Of a DNA stretch of 47,547 bases, positions 30,218-38,398 are shown one piece after another; the first letter of the stretch is position 1, and each line of letters begins with the position of its first letter. The DNA comes from Planctomycetota bacterium (GTDB taxonomy: Bacteria; Planctomycetota; UBA1135): positions 1 to 47,547 of the forward strand of contig JAPKEZ010000001.1 in the NCBI GenBank assembly GCA_028821845.1, in the 5' to 3' direction. A program made the translations under genes and the position numbers. The notes under the pieces are model-generated. The model ran no database searches. It was not told the DNA's origin and worked only from the letters and a program-made list of their open reading frames with translations.

Positions 30218-30823
30218 ATGAACTCTAACAACCGCGCATCTAAAAAAATAACTTGGCGAAAAGCTGCTGTCTACGTCAGCTCTCTCGCTCTAATATCTCT
30301 AGCCGACCCACGACCAATAATCTTCTGTGTGGGGGCGTGTTTGGTTTTGTTGGCGTGGATGTTGCGGCTGTGGGCTTTTGGCTATCTAGACAAAAATGCG
30401 CTGATGGTGACAACTGGCCCTTATGCTCATACACGTAATCCGGCCTACCTAGGCAGTTTTGTGGCATTAGTCGGTATTTCGCTTGCTTCCGGAAACATCG
30501 AGAGCCCTCGCGGACAATTAGTTTGGGGATTTGCTCTATTGCTAATCGTATGCTTCTTTGGCTTCTATTTCCCACGGAAAATGAACCGCGAATACCCACG
30601 TTTGCAAAAATTGTTCGGCGATCAACTAGAAGAGCACGCTGCCAACGTACCAAATTTCTGGCCACGCATCACTCCATGGTGCAGTGGCCAAGAACGGAGA
30701 TTCTCGCCCTCATTACTGAAAGAAAACCACGAACTGTCGTGGGGGGTAGCGTTCGCTATTGCCCTGACTGCAATTTACTCTGTAGAAATCTGGAGCCCTT
30801 TTTTTCCAGTAGCTGTGCCGTAA
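30218..30823 (+). CDS. ICMT/PEMT-family membrane methyltransferase (isoprenylcysteine carboxyl methyltransferase-like)
   Basis: Multiple TM helices. The motif LMVTTGPYAHTRNPAYLGSF (compare GPY..vRHP.YlG) plus a downstream ...R.EYPRLQKLFGDQLEEH... region. Confidence 0.7.
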   Translation: MNSNNRASKKITWRKAAVYVSSLALISLADPRPIIFCVGACLVLLAWMLRLWAFGYLDKNALMVTTGPYAHTRNPAYLGSFVALVGISLASGNIESPRGQLVWGFALLLIVCFFGFYFPRKMNREYPRLQKLFGDQLEEHAANVPNFWPRITPWCSGQERRFSPSLLKENHELSWGVAFAIALTAIYSVEIWSPFFPVAVP

Positions 30824-31546
30824 ATGGTCAGGATGGCAGTACACGACTGGTCGCGGGAACAACTGCAGGCCACCCAGCTTTCTAAGCTTAGTCGTGAGTC
30901 GCGCGTGAAGCCCTCTGTATGGTTGTCAGTAGACGCCAGCGGCGATCGGAGGATAGTAAAAGACTGTTATGGCTTGCCGTTTTATAGCCGGTGGCTCGCC
31001 AAAATTTTGATGTGGCGTGAATATCGGATTCTGCTCAAGATCGATGGCCTGGCGCAGCTGCCGCAAGTCCGCGAAACTATCGATGGGGACGCATTCAGCA
31101 TGAATTTCATAGCTGGCGAACCTTTGTCCTCCGAGAACTACGCATTTGCGCCGCGGCGTATCGCCGACGACCTCTTGGAGCTGGTAGAAAAACTGCACCA
31201 GCGCAAAGTTTTCCATCTAGATTTGCGCCAACGCCAGAATATTTTGCTTGGTGACGGATTAAAAGTGCAAATTGTCGACTTTGGGGCATCTTGGGCGCCA
31301 TCCTTGTTGCCGCGACTGGTGTTTGGGAAATTGCTGGCGAATATCGATCGCTCTGCAGCACTTAAATATTTAGCTAGATTCGCCCCAGAAGAGATGACTT
31401 ACGGCGAAGCTAAGCAACTTCTGCGCGGGCTTTGGTTGCGCCGCTTATGGGTGTTTTCTCCATACCGCTCACATGGGATTGCAGACACCTTAAAAAGTAT
31501 TGTGTCGGACGGTGTGCAATCGAAAGAAAGTGACCACAATATATAG
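30824..31546 (+). CDS. small protein-kinase-like fold protein (Kdo/WaaP lipopolysaccharide kinase or RIO/Bud32-like)
   Basis: 240 aa. Catalytic-loop-like VFHLDLRQRQNILL and a DFG motif (QIVDFGAS), preceded by a conserved Lys region (RIVKDCYG). The ATG immediately follows the ICMT-like stop (TAAATG). Confidence 0.6.
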   Translation: MVRMAVHDWSREQLQATQLSKLSRESRVKPSVWLSVDASGDRRIVKDCYGLPFYSRWLAKILMWREYRILLKIDGLAQLPQVRETIDGDAFSMNFIAGEPLSSENYAFAPRRIADDLLELVEKLHQRKVFHLDLRQRQNILLGDGLKVQIVDFGASWAPSLLPRLVFGKLLANIDRSAALKYLARFAPEEMTYGEAKQLLRGLWLRRLWVFSPYRSHGIADTLKSIVSDGVQSKESDHNI

Positions 31547-31610
31547 TGGTACCATATTTTTACTTGGATTTTCATTTTAATACTATATATTGTATAGAAC
31601 AAAGGAACAC

Positions 31611-32267
31611 ATGGGACATCTAGAAAAACGAATCATCATCGGGGCACTCGGCTTAGTCGCCGTGCTTCTTACCGTAGTCATCTTCAAAGGATTGACGCCA
31701 TCTGAGCAAGAGGTACTTTATATACCACTAGAAGAGCAAACGTGGCCAACAAAAACCACTCAGCAAGATGATGCCGAAACGCCACCTGTAGAAACACAAG
31801 ACTTCGTTGTTTCCCCTAAACCAGAAGAGGCGCTTTATGTTTCTGAGCCAATGGTTGAAGAGGTTGTTGCAACGGAAGATCGGCCAAAAGTAATAGAGTA
31901 CATCATTAAACTCCATGACACACTCACCGATATCGCGGAAACAGAATTAGGAGGCGTGCGTTACTTAGAAAACATTGAAGTACTTAATCCGAATTTAAAC
32001 GCCTCTGAACTAGCTATTGGAGCTGTTTTGTATCTTCCTGCCAAACATACTTTAGAGGAAAAAGGCAACCCAAAGGAGTTTGCTGCAAGCTCAGAGAAAA
32101 TCCACGTTGTTGTTGCTGGCGATTCACTTTCTAAAATATCCGAAAAGTACTACCCTGACAAATGGCACGAATACATGGAAAAAGTTGTCAGTGCAAATCC
32201 TAAGTTATTAGTGGACGGTAATAACACAGTGTTACATATCGGTGACAAGCTGAATCTTCCAGAGTAG
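31611..32267 (+). CDS. membrane-anchored protein with two LysM domains
   Basis: ATG at 31611 is preceded by AAGGAA. One TM helix (IIIGALGLVAVLLTVVIF). Two LysM-like repeats (YIIKLHDTLTDIAE...LYLP and HVVVAGDSLSKISEKYY...IGDKLNLP). Confidence 0.8.
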   Translation: MGHLEKRIIIGALGLVAVLLTVVIFKGLTPSEQEVLYIPLEEQTWPTKTTQQDDAETPPVETQDFVVSPKPEEALYVSEPMVEEVVATEDRPKVIEYIIKLHDTLTDIAETELGGVRYLENIEVLNPNLNASELAIGAVLYLPAKHTLEEKGNPKEFAASSEKIHVVVAGDSLSKISEKYYPDKWHEYMEKVVSANPKLLVDGNNTVLHIGDKLNLPE

Positions 32268-32268
32268 T

Positions 32269-33393
32269 ATGCTGGACAATAGTTCGCGTCTCATTTTAGG
32301 TATGAGCTCGGGAACGTCTGCCGACTCCGTTGACATGGCATTAGTTCGAATTAGCGGGCGAGGCCAACAGCGCGAAGTAAGCGTCGAGTGCTCAGGCGAG
32401 TTGACATTCGCCACCGAGTTGCAGGACGCGGTGCACCATTTCGTTGCGCATTATGACCAACCTTTGGCCCCACTCGACAAAAAGCTAGCACTTTTTTTCG
32501 GAGATTGCGTAAATATTTTTTTAAGAGAAAATGGTGTTGCGGTTTCTGAAGTTGATTGTGTGGCCAGCCACGGACAAACAGTTTTCCATCACGATGGTGA
32601 TCCGCGTCAAGGAAGCTTGCAGTTAGGTGATTTACAAACTATTGCAGATAGATGCGGAGTGAGTGTTATTGGTGACTTCCGCCAAGCAGATTTGCATGCC
32701 GGGGGGCAGGGAGCACCTATTTCGGTGTTTTCAGATTGGGTTTTGCACTCGGATGGGGAAAAAGAGTGCGCGATATTAAATTTAGGGGGAATTGCCAATA
32801 TAAGTTACCTCCGACATAGTGAACCACCTCTTGCCTGGGATTGTGGTCCAGCAAATGGTCCTCTCGATGCTTTAATGCGGCTGAAGGTGGGACAGCATTG
32901 CGATATTGATGGCAAATTGGCTTTATCCGGAACAGTCAACCATGAGTTGTATCAATTACTCACATCCAATCCATATTTCAGCAAAACACTGCCGAAAAGT
33001 ACTGGGCTAGAGCTTTTTGGCAGCCGATGGTTGGCTGAAATATGCAATTCCAACCCACAACTGTTAAATGAAGATATTCTTGCAACACTCTGTTCAGTAG
33101 CAGCTTATGGCGTTTCCTCATCATTGGTCAGTGCTGATTTGGCTCCTTCTACTATATACCTTTGTGGCGGTGGTCGCCACAATCGCGCTTTAGTGAAGGC
33201 ATTAAGGTCTGAGATGCCAAAAGTAGTGTTTGGAGACTATTCTCAGCTAGGATTTGACGCTGATTTGCGTGAAGCCATAGCCTTCGCTTTGCTCGCCGAT
33301 GCCAAGTTATTAGGAGAATGTTCGACCTGGCCATCGACCACCGGAGCTGTAAAACCTTCGGTACTCGGAAATGTAGTGCATTCTCGCACTTGA
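32269..33393 (+). CDS. anmK: anhydro-N-acetylmuramic acid kinase
   Basis: N-terminal GMSSGTSADSVDMALV (compare G.MSGTS.DG.D). ~370 aa with an internal ...NLGGIAN... region and C-terminal ...GGG..N..L... motifs. Confidence 0.88.
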   Translation: MLDNSSRLILGMSSGTSADSVDMALVRISGRGQQREVSVECSGELTFATELQDAVHHFVAHYDQPLAPLDKKLALFFGDCVNIFLRENGVAVSEVDCVASHGQTVFHHDGDPRQGSLQLGDLQTIADRCGVSVIGDFRQADLHAGGQGAPISVFSDWVLHSDGEKECAILNLGGIANISYLRHSEPPLAWDCGPANGPLDALMRLKVGQHCDIDGKLALSGTVNHELYQLLTSNPYFSKTLPKSTGLELFGSRWLAEICNSNPQLLNEDILATLCSVAAYGVSSSLVSADLAPSTIYLCGGGRHNRALVKALRSEMPKVVFGDYSQLGFDADLREAIAFALLADAKLLGECSTWPSTTGAVKPSVLGNVVHSRT

Positions 33394-33489
33394 CCACAGC
33401 TAAGTGTTGTTTATCATGTGGCCTACGCATGTTGGTGTATCCACCTCATGCCTTGTTCATCCCGCATTAGCAGAACTCACAAACATCAA

Positions 33490-35430
33490 ATGAGCTTCAT
33501 TCGCGTCTCGTCTAGCCTAGTTTTAGGTGCAGCACTTTTCTTTACCCCAGCAACACAATTGTCTGCCCAGGAAGATTCAAATCTTTTTGAGCAAGGCATG
33601 GTTGCTTTCCATAATGGCAACTTCGATTTAGCGCAGTCTAAATTCCGCCAGGTCATTTCCGAGAACCCAAGTAACGCCGATGCGCTACTTCTTCTTCACC
33701 AAAGCGAAGACGCACTCTTAGAGTTGCTTATCGCTGGTGGCGAGTTCGAGACCTTTGCTCGTGAAATGCTTGCCTCGGCTCGTACTGAAGGACGCACTGC
33801 AATGCGCGACACCGATGCTGCTGCTGAAGCTGCCGAAGGTTGTTTTGGCGAGTCATACCAAGATCGCGCTAAAGCCATTTTCGCCTTGCATCAAAACTAC
33901 GGTCCATTTGCAGCAGTGCCTTTGGTGCACGCTCTCGGCGATGCAAATGAAAGTCGTCGTCTAGCTGCAGTGTATGCACTATCTCGTATGGGAGCAAATG
34001 TTGTAATGCCTTTGATGGCGGCCGCTCGTTCTTCTAATACTGAAGTTCGCCTCGGCTCTCTCCATGCGTTAAACGTTCTAAACGACGGTCGTGCTTCTGC
34101 TTTAATCTCAGATTTAGCAGCCAACGATGCTGATGGCTCAGTTCGTGCACTTGCTTCAGAAATGTTGCAGTCACGCGCCTCGGCTTCATCGCAGTTAGTC
34201 GCACAAGCATGGTCATTCTTTAACAACGATGCCAACGGTTTGTCTTCCATCGAAAATCACGGCGCGATGTTTTCTATTGATGGCCGCAACTTAGTTGCAT
34301 ACGATGTGCCACAATCATTAGTCGCCGCTGAATGGGCAAAGCGCTTTATGTTGCGCGCCGGCGAACTCGGCGCTGACACGTCTGCAGCACTCGCGGTAAT
34401 CTACGCCAGCGAAGTTGCAATTCTTGACGGCATTGATGGTGGCGAAGAGCAAGCAGCTGCACAACGCAATGCATTGTTGACACTATCTACAGCTTCAATT
34501 AACTCTGGACTCGAGCAAGCTGTTGCAAACAACATGATCGCTGCAGCGCAGCAATTAATCTCTGCACTTGATGGCGCTGGCAACAGCGATTGGGGCGGAC
34601 TTTACAACGCAATGGATAGCAACGTGCCTATGATCAGTCACTCGGCTGCTGTTGCTCTGTCAAACCGCGGTCAGCACGGCTCTGATGTAGTCCAAAATTT
34701 GGCTGCTGCTGTGCGTCTAGAATCTAAGCGTATTGTTCATATTATAGATGGCGATAGTTCTCGCGCTAACAGCATGAAGATGGCTTTCTCCGACATGGGT
34801 GTGTCAGCAATCGTTTCTAGCGATGGTGCTTCTGGCCTTGTAAACATGCACCTTGCTTCAAACGTAGATGCTTTTGTTATCGCTGAAGTGTTGCCAGATC
34901 TTTACGCCTCTCGGGTTAGCAAGAATATCAAAAACGACCCGCGCTTCTCAGATGTATCCATTTATATCGTGGGTGAAGAGGGGTTGACGGCAATCGATGT
35001 TATAGACGGCTTTGGCGGCCTAAGTTCAGCGCGCCAGGCTTACGCAAACATGGCTGCTGCTGCCGCGACAGCTCTTTTGCACCCAGCACACGCTGGTGTC
35101 GCAGATAGCGCAGTCGGTTCATTGGTCGGGGCTCTAAACCGCCAGGACTCGGTGGCAGTGCCATCAGCAATGGCGCTAGGTTTCGCTGGCGCATCGAGTG
35201 ATGTCGCCGATGCGTTGCTAAGTGTTTTGGCCGACACTGAACGCAGTTCAGAAGTGCGTGTCGCCGGTGCTAACGCTCTGTCAAACATGTTTGCTCGCAC
35301 AGGTGTTGCTGCCGATGCTGCTTACTTCCAGTCCGCAATGACTGAAGGTGATGCTGCTCTTAGCGAAGCATGCGCCCGGGCAATCGGCGTAATGTCCGCT
35401 GGTCACATTTCTGCAGGCGTCTCTCTGTAA
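33490..35430 (+). CDS. exported TPR/HEAT-repeat protein with an internal receiver-like (pseudo-REC) segment
   Basis: ATG at 33490 gives the signal peptide MSFIRVSSSLVLGAALFFTPATQLSA/QE. A TPR-like N-terminus is followed by HEAT/PBS-lyase-type repeats (VPLVHALGDANESRRLAAVYALSRMG..., NTEVRLGSLHALN...). The track's upstream extension is not needed. Confidence 0.7.
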   Translation: MSFIRVSSSLVLGAALFFTPATQLSAQEDSNLFEQGMVAFHNGNFDLAQSKFRQVISENPSNADALLLLHQSEDALLELLIAGGEFETFAREMLASARTEGRTAMRDTDAAAEAAEGCFGESYQDRAKAIFALHQNYGPFAAVPLVHALGDANESRRLAAVYALSRMGANVVMPLMAAARSSNTEVRLGSLHALNVLNDGRASALISDLAANDADGSVRALASEMLQSRASASSQLVAQAWSFFNNDANGLSSIENHGAMFSIDGRNLVAYDVPQSLVAAEWAKRFMLRAGELGADTSAALAVIYASEVAILDGIDGGEEQAAAQRNALLTLSTASINSGLEQAVANNMIAAAQQLISALDGAGNSDWGGLYNAMDSNVPMISHSAAVALSNRGQHGSDVVQNLAAAVRLESKRIVHIIDGDSSRANSMKMAFSDMGVSAIVSSDGASGLVNMHLASNVDAFVIAEVLPDLYASRVSKNIKNDPRFSDVSIYIVGEEGLTAIDVIDGFGGLSSARQAYANMAAAAATALLHPAHAGVADSAVGSLVGALNRQDSVAVPSAMALGFAGASSDVADALLSVLADTERSSEVRVAGANALSNMFARTGVAADAAYFQSAMTEGDAALSEACARAIGVMSAGHISAGVSL

Positions 35431-35443
35431 TTTACAGAACAAT

Positions 35444-35482
35444 AAAAAAAGCTCACCATCATGAACGATGGTGAGCTTTTTT
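35444..35482. terminator. bidirectional rho-independent terminator
   Basis: AAAAAAA-GCTCACCATC-atgaac-GATGGTGAGC-TTTTTT, lying between the HEAT-repeat gene (+) and tRNA-Pro (-). Confidence 0.85.
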
Positions 35483-35484
35483 GC

Positions 35485-35565
<81 letters not shown>

Positions 35566-35575
35566 TGTGGCGCAA

Positions 35576-35603
35576 ATAATACACTATTCCCCCAACTAGT
35601 AAA
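35576..35603 (-). promoter_or_regulatory. putative promoter for tRNA-Pro
   Basis: Minus strand: TTTACT (-35), 16-nt spacer, TATTAT (-10; 35576-35581) 10 nt upstream of the tRNA 5' end. Confidence 0.35.
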
Positions 35604-35621
35604 GAGGAAAGACAGGAAAGC

Positions 35622-37373
35622 TTGGCAATGTTATTCTATAAGTCGATGGGTACTACCTCTGACACCTCAAAAAAATCGCAAACTCTATTCGGGCAATCAG
35701 TCTCACCCGGAGTTGCCTACGGCCCAGTATTCTTCAATACTCAAAGTCTCGATTTTACTACCGACCGGCGACTGCGGGACAACGAGGTTGAATCTGAGTT
35801 GGCGCGCGTAGATTCAGTGGCACGTGCAGCTAGAGTCTCTTTGGTGCATCAACGTGACCAGCTTTCTGGTCACTTCACAGAAGAACAACGCAGAGTGTTC
35901 GATACACATCTTACGCTGCTAGAAGACCCAACTATCGAGTCCGACCTACGTTCACGAATCGAAGATGGGCGACTTTACTTCGAGCATGCCTTGCGCGATG
36001 TGGTTGAAGTGTATGAACGTTTGTTTGAAGTAGTAGAGTCCGAGAAACTACGTAACAAATTAGCTGATATGCGTGATGTCGCTTTACGTTTGGTGCGATA
36101 CGCCAAACCTGCTAGCGAGCGTAAAAAAGATGAAGACCGTCAAGGCGGAATTTTGGTGGTGCGCGAATTATCACTAAGTGATTTAACGGAAGCTCTCGAT
36201 CAAGGTTTGACAGGCATCATCGCCGAAGAGGGCAACCTAGAAAGTCATGGCGCAATCCTTACTTCAGCGGCAGGGGTCCCGGCTATTCTTGGGGTTGGAC
36301 CGTTGCAAGATCGCTTGCATGAAGGGCAGCGCGTTATGGTCGACGGCGACAATGGCGTTATTACAATAGAGCCTTCAACTGAGGCTGTTAATTCTGCGCA
36401 AGGCCGCTCGCCCGAGGGCGGATTTGAAATATTGGCGCCACCAATCCTTAGTGATAACTCGACTGTGCATTTGACGGCGGCTGTCGCGTCGCCGTCAGAA
36501 GCGAGGCAGGTTAAGGGTATCGGAATTACCGAAATGGGCCTGTACCGTACTGAGCTGCCAGTCATTCAGCGCCAAGGGCATCCGCGCGAAGACTCGTTGT
36601 CGGTTCTTTATGGTCAAGTGATTACTGCTAGCGATCGCGTTTGCTTCCGCTTGCCAGACTTGAAGTCAACTTCGGGCATTCAGACGTTTTATTCTGAAGA
36701 AGAAACTAACCCGGCGATGGGTCTGCGTGGCGTGCGTTTGTTAATGGAGTACCCCGATTTGCTTAAGCGTCAGTTGCGTGCGATTTTGCGTGCTACCGGC
36801 GATGGTGTGGCTCGAGTGGCAGTTCCATTTGTGATTGATTCAGAAGACGTCGAATTAGTTCGTACTTGTGCCGAATCTGCGCGCGAAGAGTTGCGCCTCG
36901 AAGGATTTAATGTTCCGCACCCAGTCGAGATTGGCGTGGTCATTGAAACACCATCATCAGCATTGCTTGGGCGCGAGCTGATTCAGTGCAGCGATTTCGT
37001 GTCTATCGATTTAGATTCTTTAGCGGAATCGCTAATTATGTGCGAGCGCACTAGCGGCCATCCACGTGTTTATGACCGAACTCGCGAAACTCACCCGGTA
37101 TTGCTGCGCGCGGTTCGTAAGATTGTGGCGCTGACTTTGTCTTTTGAGAAAGAGCTCACTGTTTCTGGCGAGTCATTAGTACAAGAGGGTTTAGCGCAAT
37201 TATTGGTCGGAGTCGGCGTGCGCCGCTTTGCTATTCGTCCGGCCCTATTGCGTGACGCTCACGCAATGTTGTCAGAGATGAATCCAGAGACTTGCGGACG
37301 CATTGCCGAACAGGCGTGTCGTGTTAATACTGCAAAGCAGTTACGCGAATTGTTACCAGCTACCTGGCAGTAA
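35622..37373 (+). CDS. ptsI: PEP-utilising enzyme, PTS Enzyme I-like phosphotransferase (divergent active site)
   Basis: Collinear with Enzyme I. The matches are SPGVAYG, phospho-His region GNLESHGAILTSAAGVPAILG, GLYRTE, NPAMGLRGVR, VIETP and HPVLLRAVRKIV. However, the GTND motif reads DLDS and the MCGE motif reads VSGE. The start is uncertain (TTG 35622, ATG 35628 or 35646). Confidence 0.75.
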   Translation: MAMLFYKSMGTTSDTSKKSQTLFGQSVSPGVAYGPVFFNTQSLDFTTDRRLRDNEVESELARVDSVARAARVSLVHQRDQLSGHFTEEQRRVFDTHLTLLEDPTIESDLRSRIEDGRLYFEHALRDVVEVYERLFEVVESEKLRNKLADMRDVALRLVRYAKPASERKKDEDRQGGILVVRELSLSDLTEALDQGLTGIIAEEGNLESHGAILTSAAGVPAILGVGPLQDRLHEGQRVMVDGDNGVITIEPSTEAVNSAQGRSPEGGFEILAPPILSDNSTVHLTAAVASPSEARQVKGIGITEMGLYRTELPVIQRQGHPREDSLSVLYGQVITASDRVCFRLPDLKSTSGIQTFYSEEETNPAMGLRGVRLLMEYPDLLKRQLRAILRATGDGVARVAVPFVIDSEDVELVRTCAESAREELRLEGFNVPHPVEIGVVIETPSSALLGRELIQCSDFVSIDLDSLAESLIMCERTSGHPRVYDRTRETHPVLLRAVRKIVALTLSFEKELTVSGESLVQEGLAQLLVGVGVRRFAIRPALLRDAHAMLSEMNPETCGRIAEQACRVNTAKQLRELLPATWQ

Positions 37374-38289
37374 ATCGCTGAAACTGCGCGCCTTTGTGCT
37401 GCACAGCCGTAGCAATAACGATGCCGTCGTTACCCCAAAGTCGTTTCACTCGGCTACGCATGCGCGTTTCCAAATTGCTAATTTCTCCGGTTCGTGAAAC
37501 TATTAGCAATGCCGAGCCGGCGCCTGATATGGTTGCGCCGAGCGCACCAGCTTTATAAGCGAAGTCAATAAGTTGGTTAGCGCCCTTTAACAATTTTAGG
37601 CGCGGCGCAACGTGCAAGTCGTCGTCGATACCGGCGCGAATTAATTCTGGTTTCAAGCTGCGTAGGCCTTCAAGCAACAGTGGCGGACGTTGTGCTTGGC
37701 TCACCGCACGGTATAAAGCTACCGATGTTGGCAGGGCATTTCTCGATTTTTTTGTTTCGAGCTGGTAGGGTGGAATGACTAATAAAAAACGCACATTGCG
37801 GTGAATGGTAATAGGTAAGTGCGCGTAACTATCTTTGTCGAGTGGTGCGGACCAATGCGCGCCACCCTTGAACGAAGCGACGGCGTTTTCTGGGTTTCCT
37901 TCAAGGCCGATGGCTTCATTAAGCAGAACTTCGTCAGAGAGAGGTGATCCTAGAAGGCGGTTACCGAGTATTAACCCACCACTTAAGCCAGCTCCGGAAG
38001 CACCTAGCCCACGGCCCGGGGGGAAGCTGGAATCGACTTCAATTTTACCGGCTGGTAGAGGTTTGTTCGCTAAAGAAGCGGCACGGCGCATGCCGCGAAC
38101 TACCGGGTCCTGGCCCAATCTGAGCTTAGATTCGAGTAGAGCGCCAAATCGCTCAAGTTGCGTTTTCTCGCCCGGAATAAAGCGAATGGTAATATCGATG
38201 TTAAGCGCGATGCCAAAAGCATCAAAACCACTACCTAAATTAGAAGTAGATGCAGGAACACGAAGCTTAAGAGGACGACTACTAGCCAT
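37360..38289 (-). CDS. thrB: homoserine kinase
   Basis: GHMP kinase motif PPGRGLGASGAGLSGG and N-terminal VPASTSNLGSGFD. 309 aa. Its 3' end overlaps the convergent ptsI-like gene by 14 nt. Confidence 0.9.
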   Translation of the reverse strand: MASSRPLKLRVPASTSNLGSGFDAFGIALNIDITIRFIPGEKTQLERFGALLESKLRLGQDPVVRGMRRAASLANKPLPAGKIEVDSSFPPGRGLGASGAGLSGGLILGNRLLGSPLSDEVLLNEAIGLEGNPENAVASFKGGAHWSAPLDKDSYAHLPITIHRNVRFLLVIPPYQLETKKSRNALPTSVALYRAVSQAQRPPLLLEGLRSLKPELIRAGIDDDLHVAPRLKLLKGANQLIDFAYKAGALGATISGAGSALLIVSRTGEISNLETRMRSRVKRLWGNDGIVIATAVQHKGAQFQRFTAR

Positions 38290-38398
38290 TTGAGTGAGAT
38301 TAGGTTAAAATGTACGACCCCATTCGGACGCATGCTTCTATTTTAGCGCAGCGTCAATCTTGACAAACCGCGCCTTGGCGCACATCCACATTAAACAA

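Noticed and set aside
38359-38384. TTGACA hexamer and the near-palindrome GCGCCTTGGCGC upstream of the EF-G gene, considered as a promoter/operator related to the GGCGCC stems of the riboswitch terminator
   Set aside because: There is no acceptable -10 element at 16-18 nt spacing. The shared GGCGCC is a 6-mer that can recur by chance, so it is insufficient evidence for a regulatory site.
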